Part shown: piece after piece, positions 28,455-38,074 of the stretch
Position numbering within the stretch: position 1 is the first letter of the stretch
Layout: the number at the start of each line of letters is the position of its first letter
NCBI GenBank assembly: GCA_005878515.1
Contig: VBLZ01000097.1
Location: forward strand, 7,634-71,633
Reading direction: 5' to 3'
Length of the DNA: 64,000 nt
From: Methanobacteriota archaeon
GTDB lineage: Archaea > Thermoplasmatota > Thermoplasmata > RBG-16-68-12
Position numbers and translations under genes: made by a program
The notes under the pieces: generated by a model
The model's input: the letters and a program-made list of their open reading frames with translations, nothing else
Database searches by the model: none
Told to the model about the DNA's origin: nothing

Positions 28455-29165
28455 GTGAAGAAGCATCTGAAGCGGTTGCCGGCGCCCCGGAGCTGGACGA
28501 TCCCGAGGAAGACGGATTTCTGGGTCGTGAAGCCTTCGCCCGGTCCTCACCCGATCGATACGAGCGTCCCGCTCGGCCTGATCCTCCGGGACATGCTGAA
28601 GGTCTGCGCGAACGCCCGGGAGGCCCGGCACATCCTGAACGGCCGCGGCGTCCTCGTGGACGGCCGCGCGGTCACGGATCCGAAATTCCCGGTCGGCCTC
28701 ATGGACGTCCTCTCGTTCGCGGCGACGAAGGCCCATTACCGGATGCTCGTCGACACGCGCGGCCGGATGGCCCTCGTGCCGATCGAGGAGGGCGATGCGA
28801 AGTGGAAGCTGTGCCGCGTCGAGGACAAGACGACGGTCCGCCGGGGCAAGACGCAGGTGAACCTCCATGACGGGCGGAACGTCCTCCTCGAAAAGGACGC
28901 GTACAAGACCGGGGCCACGCTGAAGCTCCACGTCCCGGAGCAGAAGGTCGTCGAGCACTACGAGCTCGGGAAAGGCGCGCCGGTCCTGGTGACGGGCGGC
29001 CAACACGTCGGCGAGATTGCGCACGTCCTCGAGATCCAGCGGACGCGCAACCCGCGTGCGAACATCGTGACCTTCACGGAAGGATTCTCGACGGACGCCG
29101 GCAAGGTGTTCGTCGTCGGCAAGGAGGCCCCGTCGATCCGAACGCCGGAGGTCTCGGCAATCTAG
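28455..29165 (+). CDS. rps4e: Ribosomal protein S4e
   Basis: Translation reads [32 protein letters not shown]…. Confidence 0.95.
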   Translation: MKKHLKRLPAPRSWTIPRKTDFWVVKPSPGPHPIDTSVPLGLILRDMLKVCANAREARHILNGRGVLVDGRAVTDPKFPVGLMDVLSFAATKAHYRMLVDTRGRMALVPIEEGDAKWKLCRVEDKTTVRRGKTQVNLHDGRNVLLEKDAYKTGATLKLHVPEQKVVEHYELGKGAPVLVTGGQHVGEIAHVLEIQRTRNPRANIVTFTEGFSTDAGKVFVVGKEAPSIRTPEVSAI

Positions 29166-29173
29166 GTGGGACC

Positions 29174-29683
29174 ATGGCGGGCATGCGCGACATCCGGATC
29201 GAGAAAGTCGTCGTCAACGTGGGCGTCGGCGAGGCCGGCGAGAAGCTCGTGAAGGCGCAGAAGGTGCTCGAGCTCGTTACGAAGCAGAAGTCCGTGCAGA
29301 CCCTGAGCCACCAGGCCGTGCGGGACTGGGGCGTCCGCCGGAACATGCCGATCGGGACGCGCGTCACCTTGCGGGGCGGTCCCGCGGAGGCGTTCCTCGC
29401 GGAAGCGCTCTCGATCCGGAACAATCGCCTCCCGGCGTACAGTTTCGACTCGAACGGGAACTTCTCGTTCGGGATCCAGGACTACACCGATTTCCAGGGG
29501 ATGAAGTACGACCCGGAGATCGGCGTGTTCGGGATGGACGTCAGCGTGAGCCTCCAGCGGCCCGGATGGCGGGTCGCCCGGCGGTCGAACAAGTCCCGCC
29601 GGATTCCGCGGCGGCATCGGGTCTCCCGGGACGAGGGGATGCAATTCATGAAGGATCGCTTCAAGGTCGAGGTGGTCACCTGA
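29174..29683 (+). CDS. rpl5: Ribosomal protein L5
   Basis: Translation reads …[17 protein letters not shown]…[12 protein letters not shown]…. Confidence 0.95.
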   Translation: MAGMRDIRIEKVVVNVGVGEAGEKLVKAQKVLELVTKQKSVQTLSHQAVRDWGVRRNMPIGTRVTLRGGPAEAFLAEALSIRNNRLPAYSFDSNGNFSFGIQDYTDFQGMKYDPEIGVFGMDVSVSLQRPGWRVARRSNKSRRIPRRHRVSRDEGMQFMKDRFKVEVVT

Positions 29684-29826
29684 ACCGCACGAAGGACTTT
29701 GGTCGGAAGCGGGGCTGCCTGCGCTGCGGACGCAAGCGCGGCATCGTCCGCCGGTATGGGCTCCACCTCTGCCGGCAATGCTTCCGCGAGATTGCCTACG
29801 AGCTCGGCTTCCGGAAGTACAGCTGA
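29680..29826 (+). CDS. rps14: Ribosomal protein S14 (zinc type); start codon uncertain
   Basis: …[47 protein letters not shown] carries the C-X2-C…C-X2-C S14 signature. No ATG, GTG or TTG is in frame near the expected start. The only candidates are CTG at 29680 or ATT at 29644, both overlapping the L5 3' end. Confidence 0.7.
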   Translation: MNRTKDFGRKRGCLRCGRKRGIVRRYGLHLCRQCFREIAYELGFRKYS

Positions 29827-29835
29827 GGGGACGCC

Positions 29836-30225
29836 ATGCTGCAAGATGCTCTCAACGACGCCATGGTGACAATGCGGAACGCGGAGGCCGCGGGCAAGAC
29901 GGACTGCGTGATTCGTCCCGCGTCGAAGTTGATCGGCCGCGTGCTCAAGGTGATGCAAGAGAACGAATACATCCGGTCGTTCGAACTCATCGAGGACGGT
30001 CGCGGGAATCTGTACCGTGTGGCCCTCGTCGGCAGCATCAACAGTTGCGGCGTGATCAAGCCGAGGTTTGCGGTCAAGCGAACCGAGCTCGAGAAGTGGG
30101 AAGCCCGGTACCTGCCCGCCCAAGACTTCGGCGTCCTGATCCTGACGACCACGGAAGGCGTGATCTCCCAGACCAAGGCGAAGCAGATCGGCGTGGGCGG
30201 CAAGCTCATCGCCTACGTGTACTGA
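29836..30225 (+). CDS. rps8: Ribosomal protein S8
   Basis: Translation reads MLQDALNDAMVTMRNAEAAGKTDCVIRPASKLIGRVLKVMQENEYI…. Confidence 0.95.
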   Translation: MLQDALNDAMVTMRNAEAAGKTDCVIRPASKLIGRVLKVMQENEYIRSFELIEDGRGNLYRVALVGSINSCGVIKPRFAVKRTELEKWEARYLPAQDFGVLILTTTEGVISQTKAKQIGVGGKLIAYVY

Positions 30226-30233
30226 GGTGAGGG

Positions 30234-30779
30234 ATGCCGGTCGCGGGATTGTTGGAAGAGGTCGTCGAGATCCCGGACGGCGTGCAGCTCCGGGTCGACG
30301 GCGACTTCGTGGTCGTGACCGGGGGAGGCCACACCCTCCGGCGCCGTCTCTCTCACCCTCGCTTGCGGATCGACGTGAACGGGCCGCAGGCCACCGTCCG
30401 GTGTGAGTACCCGCGGCGGAAAGAGGCCGCGCTCCTCGGCACGTTCGCGGCCCATCTGAGGAACATGGTCGTCGGGGTCCGAGAGGGCTTCACGTACGAG
30501 ATGAAGATCGTGTACAGTCACTTTCCGCTAAAGGCCACCGTGAAGGGTGCGGAGTTCGTCATCGAAAACTTCCTCGGAGAGAAGTTCCCGCGAAAGACGC
30601 GGATCGTCGGGGAAACGAAAGTCGAAGTCAACGGGGACCAGGTCCTCCTCACGGGCCCGGACGTCGAGGCGGTCGGCCAGACCGCGGCCAACATCGAGCA
30701 GGCGACGAAGATCCGGGGATTCGACCCTCGGATCTTCCAGGACGGCATCTACATCACGAAGAAGGCCGGGGAGGCGTGA
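30234..30779 (+). CDS. rpl6: Ribosomal protein L6
   Basis: A 181-aa protein with the two-domain L6 pattern (…VEIPDGVQLRVDGDFVVVTGGGHTL…). Confidence 0.9.
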   Translation: MPVAGLLEEVVEIPDGVQLRVDGDFVVVTGGGHTLRRRLSHPRLRIDVNGPQATVRCEYPRRKEAALLGTFAAHLRNMVVGVREGFTYEMKIVYSHFPLKATVKGAEFVIENFLGEKFPRKTRIVGETKVEVNGDQVLLTGPDVEAVGQTAANIEQATKIRGFDPRIFQDGIYITKKAGEA

Positions 30780-31570
30780 GGATGGCGGACGAGAAGGAAC
30801 CGAAGGCAGAGGCCAAGGCCGCGAAGAAGGTGAAGAAGACCGCGGTCCCCGAGGTGCCCGAGCCGGAGCAGGCGTTCCCGACAGCGACCGAGATACGCTC
30901 CGCGAAGAAGGCCGAACTCACCACTTGGTCCGAACGCTACGGCCTCAGTCAAGAAGGGACGGTCGACGACCTCCGAAAGCGTCTTCGCGCGTTCATCGAG
31001 AAGGAGGAGGCCAAGAAAGCCGCACCCGAGGAAGCAAAACCCGCGCCTCCGAAAACGGAAAAGAAGCCCAAAGAGAAACCGAAGGAGAAGGCGAAGCCTC
31101 CGAAGGAGAAGAAGGGGAAGGGCAAGGAGGCAGAGGAGGAGGCCGTAGAAGAGGTCCACGAGCCTCGGGCGAAGCCCAAACTCGAACCGCACCTGAAGCG
31201 GCTTCTCGCGTTGCGATCCGCGAAGAACGTGGCGCGGCCGAAGTTCCGCCGTCAGGAGTGGTTCCGCTATCGGAAGTTCGGAGACGAGTGGCGAAAACCC
31301 CAAGGCGGGCAATCGAAACTCCGCCGCCACTTCGGGTACCGCTGGAACCTTCCGTCGATCGGATATCGCGGGCCCCGCGCCGTTCGTGGGCTCCATCCGA
31401 GCGGCTTCCAAGAAGTCCTCGTGCACAACGAACACCAGCTCGAAGGTCTTGATGCAGCGAAGCAGGCGGTGCGGATCGGGCACGCGGTCGGCACCCGAAA
31501 GCGCGAGATGATCGAGAAAGCCTGCGACGAAAAAGGCCTGCGCGTGCTGAACCGGATGGTGACCGAATGA
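30776..31570 (+). CDS. rpl32e: Ribosomal protein L32e with a roughly 125-aa N-terminal extension (SAP-like motif plus KPKEK repeats)
   Basis: The C-terminal core is …RPKFRRQEWFRYRKFGDEWRKPQGGQSKLRRHFGYRW… The extension contains AELTTWSERYGLSQEGTVDDLRKRLRAFIEK, which resembles a SAP helix-extended loop-helix motif, and repeats KTEKKPKEKPKEKAKPPKEKKGKGK. Confidence 0.85.
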   Translation: MRMADEKEPKAEAKAAKKVKKTAVPEVPEPEQAFPTATEIRSAKKAELTTWSERYGLSQEGTVDDLRKRLRAFIEKEEAKKAAPEEAKPAPPKTEKKPKEKPKEKAKPPKEKKGKGKEAEEEAVEEVHEPRAKPKLEPHLKRLLALRSAKNVARPKFRRQEWFRYRKFGDEWRKPQGGQSKLRRHFGYRWNLPSIGYRGPRAVRGLHPSGFQEVLVHNEHQLEGLDAAKQAVRIGHAVGTRKREMIEKACDEKGLRVLNRMVTE

Positions 31571-32031
31571 GGTTCGATTACCAGCGGCGCCTCGCGGCAT
31601 CGATCCTCGGCATCGGGATCAACCGCGTCTGGATCACCACGGACCCGAAGGTGCAGGACGACATCCTCGACGCGATCACCCGGGACGGCATTCGCAATCT
31701 CATCCGGAAGAACATCATCCAGAAGCGACCGGTGCAGGGCGTCTCCCGCGGGCGAGCCCGGCATCGCGCCGCGCAGCGGGCGAAAGGCCGACGCCGCGGT
31801 CATGGGAGCCGCAAGGGGGCCCTCAACGCGCGGACGCCGCAGAAAACCCGATGGATTCAGATCATCCGGGGCATGCGTCGCTATCTGCGGGAGCTCCGCG
31901 ACCAGGGGCGGATCGATGCGTCCACGTACCGACGGTTCTACGGCCAGTCCAAGGGCGGCATGTTCAAATCGAAGTCCCACCTGGACCAGCAGTTGCGCGC
32001 CGCCGGCGTGATCAAGGAGGCACCGAAGTGA
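31567..32031 (+). CDS. rpl19e: Ribosomal protein L19e
   Basis: Translation reads MRFDYQRRLAASILGIGINRVWITTDP…. Confidence 0.9.
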   Translation: MRFDYQRRLAASILGIGINRVWITTDPKVQDDILDAITRDGIRNLIRKNIIQKRPVQGVSRGRARHRAAQRAKGRRRGHGSRKGALNARTPQKTRWIQIIRGMRRYLRELRDQGRIDASTYRRFYGQSKGGMFKSKSHLDQQLRAAGVIKEAPK

Positions 32032-32528
32032 AACAAGGACCCCATTACCGCGTCCCGTTCCGACGGCGGCGCGAAGGCCGCACGGACTACCGGTCGCGGG
32101 CGAAGCTCCTTCGGAGCGGGAAACCGCGCGTGGTGGTTCGGAAGACGCTCAACCAGACGATCATCCAATTCATCGTCGCGGACGCCGGCGGGGACCGGGT
32201 CGTCGCGACGGCCCAGTCGCTCGAGCTGAAGGAGCGAGGGTGGGCCGCGGGCACCGGCAACCTCCCGGCGGCGTACCTGACCGGATATCTGGCCGGCAAG
32301 CGGGCGGCCGCGAAGGGCGTGTCGGCGGCGATCCTCGACCTGGGGCTCCAACGGCCCTCGAAAGGCGGCCGTCTCTTCGCCGCGCTCCAAGGTTTGCTCG
32401 ACGCCGGCGTGGCGGTCCCTCATAGCCCGGACGTGCTGCCGTCGAAGGAGCGGGTCCGCGGCGCGCACATCGGGGAGTCGATCCCGACGCAATTCGACGC
32501 CGTGAAGGCGAAGCTGGAGGCGCCCTGA
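32028..32528 (+). CDS. rpl18: Ribosomal protein L18 (L5e)
   Basis: VKQGPHYRVPFRRRREGRTDYRSRAKLL… The GTG start overlaps the L19e stop (GTGA). Confidence 0.9.
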   Translation: MKQGPHYRVPFRRRREGRTDYRSRAKLLRSGKPRVVVRKTLNQTIIQFIVADAGGDRVVATAQSLELKERGWAAGTGNLPAAYLTGYLAGKRAAAKGVSAAILDLGLQRPSKGGRLFAALQGLLDAGVAVPHSPDVLPSKERVRGAHIGESIPTQFDAVKAKLEAP

Positions 32529-33379
32529 TGCCGCAGCGGCGCGGGGGGCGCGGCCGCAAGCGGGAGGCCCGGGCCGCGAGGCCGGAGCGGAACCTCAGCG
32601 AGTGGGCGCCGAAGACGAAACTCGGCCGGCTCGTCCTCGCGGGCGAGCTGACGACGCTCGGGGACGCGATCCGGACGGGCCTGCCGATCCGCGAACCGGA
32701 GATCGTGGACATCCTGCTCCCGGAGACCGAGGACGAGGTCCTGGACGTCAACATGGTGCAGCGGATGACGGACTCCGGTCGCCGAGTGAACTTCGTGATC
32801 ACGTGCATCGTCGGAAACAAGGATGGCTTCGCGGGCCTCGGCCGTGCGCGCGGCCGCGAGGTCGGTCCGTCGATCCGGCGCGCGATCGATAACGCGAAAC
32901 TCAACATGATTGAGATCAAGCGGGGCTGCGGCTCGTGGGAATGCGGCTGCGGCCGATCCCACACGCTTCCGTTCAAGGTGACGGGGAGCAGCGGATCCGT
33001 CGAAGTGGTCCTCAAGCCGGCGCCTCAGGGGGTCGGCCTCGCGGTGGGCGACATCGCGAAGAGCGTGCTGCGGCTCGCCGGCATCACGGACGCGTGGGGT
33101 TTCACGAAAGGTCACACGAAGACGACTGTCAATTATGCGCTCGCAACGTTCGCCGCGCTCCGGCAGACCGGCCAGGTCAAAGTCCGATCCGAGCAGACGC
33201 AGCGGCTGAAGATCAAGGCCGGCGCGGAACAGGTCTTCACCCGGAAGGTCGAGGCACCCCCGGTCGTGGCCGAAGGACCGCCACCGGGCGAACTCCCGGA
33301 GGAAATCGAAGTCGAGGGAGCGGCGCTGACGGAAGAGCCGGCGGAAGAAACGAAGGACGAGGAGGCCCCGGAGGAATGA
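32528..33379 (+). CDS. rps5: Ribosomal protein S5 with an acidic roughly 50-aa C-terminal extension
   Basis: The core is …FVITCIVGNKDGFAGLGRARGREVGPSIRRAIDNAK… The tail is …PPVVAEGPPPGELPEEIEVEGAALTEEPAEETKDEEAPEE. Confidence 0.9.
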   Translation: MPQRRGGRGRKREARAARPERNLSEWAPKTKLGRLVLAGELTTLGDAIRTGLPIREPEIVDILLPETEDEVLDVNMVQRMTDSGRRVNFVITCIVGNKDGFAGLGRARGREVGPSIRRAIDNAKLNMIEIKRGCGSWECGCGRSHTLPFKVTGSSGSVEVVLKPAPQGVGLAVGDIAKSVLRLAGITDAWGFTKGHTKTTVNYALATFAALRQTGQVKVRSEQTQRLKIKAGAEQVFTRKVEAPPVVAEGPPPGELPEEIEVEGAALTEEPAEETKDEEAPEE

Positions 33380-33864
33380 GCTTCGCCGTCCTGAGGATCC
33401 GAGGGAAGGGCGATCTCCGTCGCGATGTGAAAGACACGCTCCGGATGCTGCACCTGACCCGCCAGAACCATTGCTCGATCGTCCCCGAGGACCCCACGTA
33501 CCGAGGCATGCTCCAGCTCGTGAAGGACCACGTCACCTGGGGCGAAGTCGATTCGGAGGTCCTCGCGAAACTCCTCCTGAAGCGAGGCCGCCAGGTCGGT
33601 GACAAGCCCATCGACGACGCATTCGTGAAAGGTCATAGCAAGTTCAAGTCGATCTGGGATCTGAGCCAAGCGATCACGAAAGGCGAGGCGACCCTCGCCG
33701 ATGTGCGCGAACTCCGGCCCGTCCTCCGATTGCCGCCGCCTCGGAAAGGGTATCGCGGGATCAAGCGCGGATTCCACGACGGCGGGGACCTCGGATACCG
33801 CGGAGGGGCGATTAACTCGCTCCTCGTGCGGATGCTCCTCGAGGAGGGCCAGGATGGTCTCTAG
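33376..33864 (+). CDS. rpl30: Ribosomal protein L30 (L7e)
   Basis: MSFAVLRIRGKGDLRRDVKDTLRMLHLTRQNHCSIVPE… The start overlaps the S5 stop (ATGA). Confidence 0.9.
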   Translation: MSFAVLRIRGKGDLRRDVKDTLRMLHLTRQNHCSIVPEDPTYRGMLQLVKDHVTWGEVDSEVLAKLLLKRGRQVGDKPIDDAFVKGHSKFKSIWDLSQAITKGEATLADVRELRPVLRLPPPRKGYRGIKRGFHDGGDLGYRGGAINSLLVRMLLEEGQDGL

Positions 33865-34291
33865 GACGCGAAAGCTACGGGGCAGTCGCACGCACGGTCG
33901 CGGCAAGAAACACGGACGGGGTGCCGGAGGCCGCGGCGGCACCGGCAACGCGGGCCTTCACAAACACAAATTCAAGTGGATGATCAAGTACGACCCGGAG
34001 CATTTCGGACCGCGCGGTTTCTTCCGGCACGCGCAGCCGCATCCGACGAGTGCAATCGACCTCGAAGACCTCGCCCGACGGATCGGCGAATTCGAGGCCG
34101 CGGGCCACGCGAAGAAGGACGATTCTCGAATCAATGTCGACCTGACGGCGGCGGGAATCGACAAGCTATTAGGCTCTGGTCGCGTAACGATGGCAATGCG
34201 GATCACCGTCGCGAAGGCCTCTCCGGCGGCCGTCGCGAAGGTCTCCGGCGCTGGCGGCGAGGTCGTCCTCCCAGGGGACGCCGGGAAGTAG
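33854..34291 (+). CDS. rpl15: Ribosomal protein L15
   Basis: MVSRTRKLRGSRTHGRGKKHGRGAGGRGGTGNAG… It overlaps the L30 3' end by 11 nt. Confidence 0.9.
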   Translation: MVSRTRKLRGSRTHGRGKKHGRGAGGRGGTGNAGLHKHKFKWMIKYDPEHFGPRGFFRHAQPHPTSAIDLEDLARRIGEFEAAGHAKKDDSRINVDLTAAGIDKLLGSGRVTMAMRITVAKASPAAVAKVSGAGGEVVLPGDAGK

Positions 34292-34295
34292 TCCG

Positions 34296-35900
34296 ATGCC
34301 CCTCGAAGAGAAGAAGAAGAGCCGACTGTACGCGCTGAAACCGCTCACGGACCGACTGCCCGCGGTCACGCGACCCGAGGGCCACGTCCACTTTCGCACG
34401 AAGATGTTCTGGGTCCTCGCGATCCTGATCCTGTATTTCGCCATGACGAACATCTTCATCTACGGCCTGGACCGGGCCAACGTCATCGACTTCTTCTCGA
34501 GCCTGCGCGCGATCCTCGCGGGCGCCCAAGGCTCGCTGATGCACCTCGGGATCGGGCCGATCGTCACGGCGTCGATCATCATGCAGCTCTTCGCGGGCGC
34601 GAAGATCATCAACCTGGACCTCCAGGACGACGAGGACAAGAGCGTGTACCAAGGGACCCAGAAGTTCCTGGTCATCCTGATGATCTTCGTCGAGGCGATC
34701 CCGCAGGTCTTCGGCTTCCTCACCCCGGCCACCGGATTCGTGAGCGAGCTGAACGGCTCGTTCCTGTTCGGCGTCATCTCGGCCGGTCACGGGACGACCC
34801 TCGCTCAGATCCTGATCGTGGTCCAGCTCTTCGCGGGTTCGTATCTCGTCTTCCTCATGGACGAGGTCGTCTCGAAGTGGGGAATCGGTTCGGGCATCTC
34901 GCTGTTCATCGCGGGCGGGGTGGCCCAGCAGATCTTCACGGGGACGTTCAACTGGGAGCCGTCCTCGGCGACGAGCCAGGTCCCCGCGGGCACGATCCCG
35001 AAGACGGTGTACTACCTCCAGCACTATTCGGGCAGCCAACTCGCGAGCGGCGGGATTGAGCAGATCATGGTTCAACCGCCGAATCCCCTCATCGCGCTCA
35101 TCGGCACGGTCGCCATCTTCCTGATCGTCGCGTACGTCGAATCGACGCGGATCGAGCTCCCGCTCGCCCACGGGATGGCGCGAGGCGCTCGCGGCCGGTA
35201 CCCGATCCGCCTGATGTACGCGTCGAACATCCCGGTGATCCTGGTCGCCGCGGTCCTGGCAAACGTGAGCATGTTCTCCCTCCTGTTCTGGCAGCATCCT
35301 GAGTGGCCCATCGTCGGGCACGCGTCGTGGATCGGGGCCTACCCGGATGCGCTGGACCATCGGGTGACGTCCGGGCAGATCCAACGCACCACGCCGATCG
35401 GTGGCCTCGCCTACTACTTCTCGAACGTGAACGGCGTCCAAGATTGGCTCCTACCGCTCTTCAATCCGAATACGTACGGCGTGTACCTGCGGGGCTTGGC
35501 GTACTGGCAGGTCTTCCTCCACATCCTCGTCTTCCTCGCGGTCTTCATCGGCGGCTCTGTCATGTTCGCGAAGTTCTGGATCATGACGACGAACATGGGC
35601 CCTGAGGACGTCGCGAAACAGATCGAGTCGAGCGGAATGCAGATCCCCGGATTCCGACGGGATCCGCGGATCTTGCGGCGGGTGCTGGATCGGTACATCC
35701 CGGTAGTCGCGGTGATTTCTGGGGCCTCGGTGGGCGCCCTCGCGGCGGGCGCCGACATGATCGGGACGGTGGGGAACGCCTCGGGGACGGGCGTCTTGCT
35801 CTCCGTGGGCATCATGATCCAGATGTACGAGGCGATCGGGCGGGAGCAGATGATGGAGATGCACCCCGTCTTACGTCAGTTCTTCGGGGCCACCGGATAA
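34296..35900 (+). CDS. secY: Preprotein translocase subunit SecY
   Basis: A 534-aa protein with 10 TM segments and conserved SecY motifs (…GIGPIVTASIIMQLFAGAKII…). It is the terminal gene of the r-protein cluster. Confidence 0.95.
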   Translation: MPLEEKKKSRLYALKPLTDRLPAVTRPEGHVHFRTKMFWVLAILILYFAMTNIFIYGLDRANVIDFFSSLRAILAGAQGSLMHLGIGPIVTASIIMQLFAGAKIINLDLQDDEDKSVYQGTQKFLVILMIFVEAIPQVFGFLTPATGFVSELNGSFLFGVISAGHGTTLAQILIVVQLFAGSYLVFLMDEVVSKWGIGSGISLFIAGGVAQQIFTGTFNWEPSSATSQVPAGTIPKTVYYLQHYSGSQLASGGIEQIMVQPPNPLIALIGTVAIFLIVAYVESTRIELPLAHGMARGARGRYPIRLMYASNIPVILVAAVLANVSMFSLLFWQHPEWPIVGHASWIGAYPDALDHRVTSGQIQRTTPIGGLAYYFSNVNGVQDWLLPLFNPNTYGVYLRGLAYWQVFLHILVFLAVFIGGSVMFAKFWIMTTNMGPEDVAKQIESSGMQIPGFRRDPRILRRVLDRYIPVVAVISGASVGALAAGADMIGTVGNASGTGVLLSVGIMIQMYEAIGREQMMEMHPVLRQFFGATG

Positions 35901-36197
35901 CGGTCGAGTGTCCAGGCCGGCAAGGCGCCCGCGCGACGACGGCGGAGACGCACGGTCCGGTCGACCGCCCAGGCATGGATGGCCCGCGTGTCAGTTGTAA
36001 ACATACCGCTTATTCCAAAAAACTGGGCTTATCACCCGTCGGACAGGGAGGACGCCCAGTCGTCCGGGTCAGGAAACTTGCGCGTTCATCGGATGGCCGG
36101 GCGGGCCGACTTGGCGGACGAGGGTACCAGGCGAGGTGAGGACATGGAGGAAGATGGGCACGAGGATGACGTCGACCCGGCTGTCAGTGAACTGTGG

Positions 36198-36743
36198 ATG
36201 AAGCTGGAGAACATGCGGAGTCGGGGACACGACCGCCGACCAAACGGCTGGAAGCCGCTCCGCGGAGGGCTCAAGATCGGGGCCGGGATCGTCGCCATCA
36301 CAATCGCGATGGGACTCGCCGCGGCCGTCGTGTTGTTCTCACATTCCTTCAACTACGCGGCCCCGAGCGCCAAGCTCACGAGCTCGTGTTCCTCGGTCAC
36401 CGCGACGACGAGTGGGTCGACGATCGTGTTCGCCTGTTCGACCAATCCGGCGCTAGCCGTCGCGTCGGCCGCGACGGGTTCCGTTTCGTATTCGTCGTTC
36501 AATCCGACTCCTCCGGTCAACATCTTGGATATCTACCTGATTGACACGGCCGTCACGTTGGGCCCGACCTGCTCCACGACGAGCACCACCGGGAACGAGC
36601 CCGTCGCGCTCAACGCCGGAGGAGGTTCCATTACCATCTCGCAGACGGCCGGCAATCTGCGGCCGAACCACAACTACGATTATTGCATGGATTTCGCCGC
36701 GCTTCCCCCGAGCTTCACGACGGGCGTGTCGTGGTCCCAGTAG
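36198..36743 (+). CDS. Membrane-anchored Ser/Thr-rich protein (probable surface protein)
   Basis: A basic N-terminus leads into a single TM helix (LKIGAGIVAITIAMGLAAAVVLF), followed by a roughly 140-aa Ser/Thr/Ala-rich domain. The internal ATG was chosen because the 5' part of the ORF-track entry (from 35979) is acidic low-complexity. Confidence 0.4.
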   Translation: MKLENMRSRGHDRRPNGWKPLRGGLKIGAGIVAITIAMGLAAAVVLFSHSFNYAAPSAKLTSSCSSVTATTSGSTIVFACSTNPALAVASAATGSVSYSSFNPTPPVNILDIYLIDTAVTLGPTCSTTSTTGNEPVALNAGGGSITISQTAGNLRPNHNYDYCMDFAALPPSFTTGVSWSQ

Positions 36744-36773
36744 GAGGCCCGGTAGGGCTCGAGGGTCCGCCCG

Positions 36774-37242
36774 TCACGTTTGCGCGACGCGCACCGTGAG
36801 CTGCTCGGACTCGCTGTCGTACCGCACCAGTTCCGCGTACCGGCCCCAGTAGACGAGCGCGTTGAAGACGTCTTCCGCCTGGTGGCTCCCGACCCGGTCC
36901 GACAGGGCCTGGACCACCTCCTGGCGTCCGAGCGGGGTGCTCGAACTTCGTGCCATCTCCATGACGAGGCGGAACGCAGGCAGATCATCGATGATTTCCC
37001 GGACAATCCGCTTCCGCTCGCGGACACCCGCGGTGAGAAGCTTCCGGCTCAGTTCGGTGATCCGGATATCCCCGTCCTCGACCGTCACGAGCCCGAGGAA
37101 CTCCGCCGCGACGAGGATCGGCCCGAGGCGGTCAACATCCATCTCGACTTCCCGAGAAATCGTCGCGGCGTCCGCGACGCCACCGACCTCGTCGACCGCC
37201 TCGACGAGGCCGAGGATCTGACCCACGGAGACCTTCGCCATC
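36774..37242 (-). CDS. Hypothetical protein co-transcribed with a NitT/TauT ABC ATPase (possible ABC-associated accessory domain)
   Basis: A 155-aa protein beginning MAKVSVGQILGLVEAVDEVGG…, located immediately downstream of the ATPase. The 5' part of the ORF-track entry (to 37523) overlaps the ATPase gene and is discarded. Confidence 0.5.
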
Positions 37243-37312
37243 GAATGGAAGTCCGTCACGGGGGTCGTCCGTCCATCATCGTCCCCAATATTTGACACTT
37301 GACCTGCCGCTC

Positions 37313-38074
37313 TCACACAATGAGCGAGTAGATTTCGTCGACCCACCCGTAGAATTCGGGGTCCTTGCGGTTTCGGGGTCGGGGCAGGTCGATCTCGAGC
37401 TCCGCGACCATGCGCCCGGGTCGGCTCGACAGCACGATCACGCGGTCCGCAAGGTACACCGCCTCCTCGATCGAGTGGGTGACCATCAGCACGGCTTCGG
37501 GCGGGAGGTCGGGATTCGACCACAACTGGAGGATCTCATCGCGCAAGTTCTGCGCGGTCAGCGCGTCGAGGGACGAGAACGGCTCATCCATGCACAGGAG
37601 GAGCGGCTCGATCGTGAGGGCGCGTGCGATGCCGACCCGTTGCTTCATGCCGCCGCTGAGCTCGCGAGGGTATGCGTTCTCGAATCCTGTCAACCCGACC
37701 GCATCGATGAACTTCTTCGCGACGGTCCTGCGTTTCGCGGGATCCTCGTGCAGCGCCTCCAAGCCGAGCTCGACGTTCTGAGCGACCGTCAGCCACGGGA
37801 ACAGGGCAAAGGACTGGAAGACCATCGCGACCTGCGGATTGTCCGCGCGGATCGGATGCCCCTCGAACAGGACCTGCCCGGAGGTGGGCGTGTCGAGGCC
37901 GACAATGATTCGCAGGAGCGTCGACTTCCCGCAGCCCGACGGACCGACCAGGCAGACGAAGTCGCGCTCCGCAAGTTCGAATCGGATCAGGTCGAGAATC
38001 TTGAACTCCTTCCCCTGGTCGAAGTAGGACTTCGAGACGTCCTTCACCTGAAGAAGCGGCTGGGCGTCGCCCAT
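37313..38074 (-). CDS. ABC transporter ATP-binding protein, NitT/TauT (SsuB/TauB) family
   Basis: From MGDAQPLLQVKDVSKSY the protein carries Walker A (GPSGCGKST), the ABC signature (LSGGMKQRV) and Walker B (LLLCMDEP). The ATG at 38074 overlaps the permease stop. Confidence 0.9.
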   Translation of the reverse strand: MGDAQPLLQVKDVSKSYFDQGKEFKILDLIRFELAERDFVCLVGPSGCGKSTLLRIIVGLDTPTSGQVLFEGHPIRADNPQVAMVFQSFALFPWLTVAQNVELGLEALHEDPAKRRTVAKKFIDAVGLTGFENAYPRELSGGMKQRVGIARALTIEPLLLCMDEPFSSLDALTAQNLRDEILQLWSNPDLPPEAVLMVTHSIEEAVYLADRVIVLSSRPGRMVAELEIDLPRPRNRKDPEFYGWVDEIYSLIV

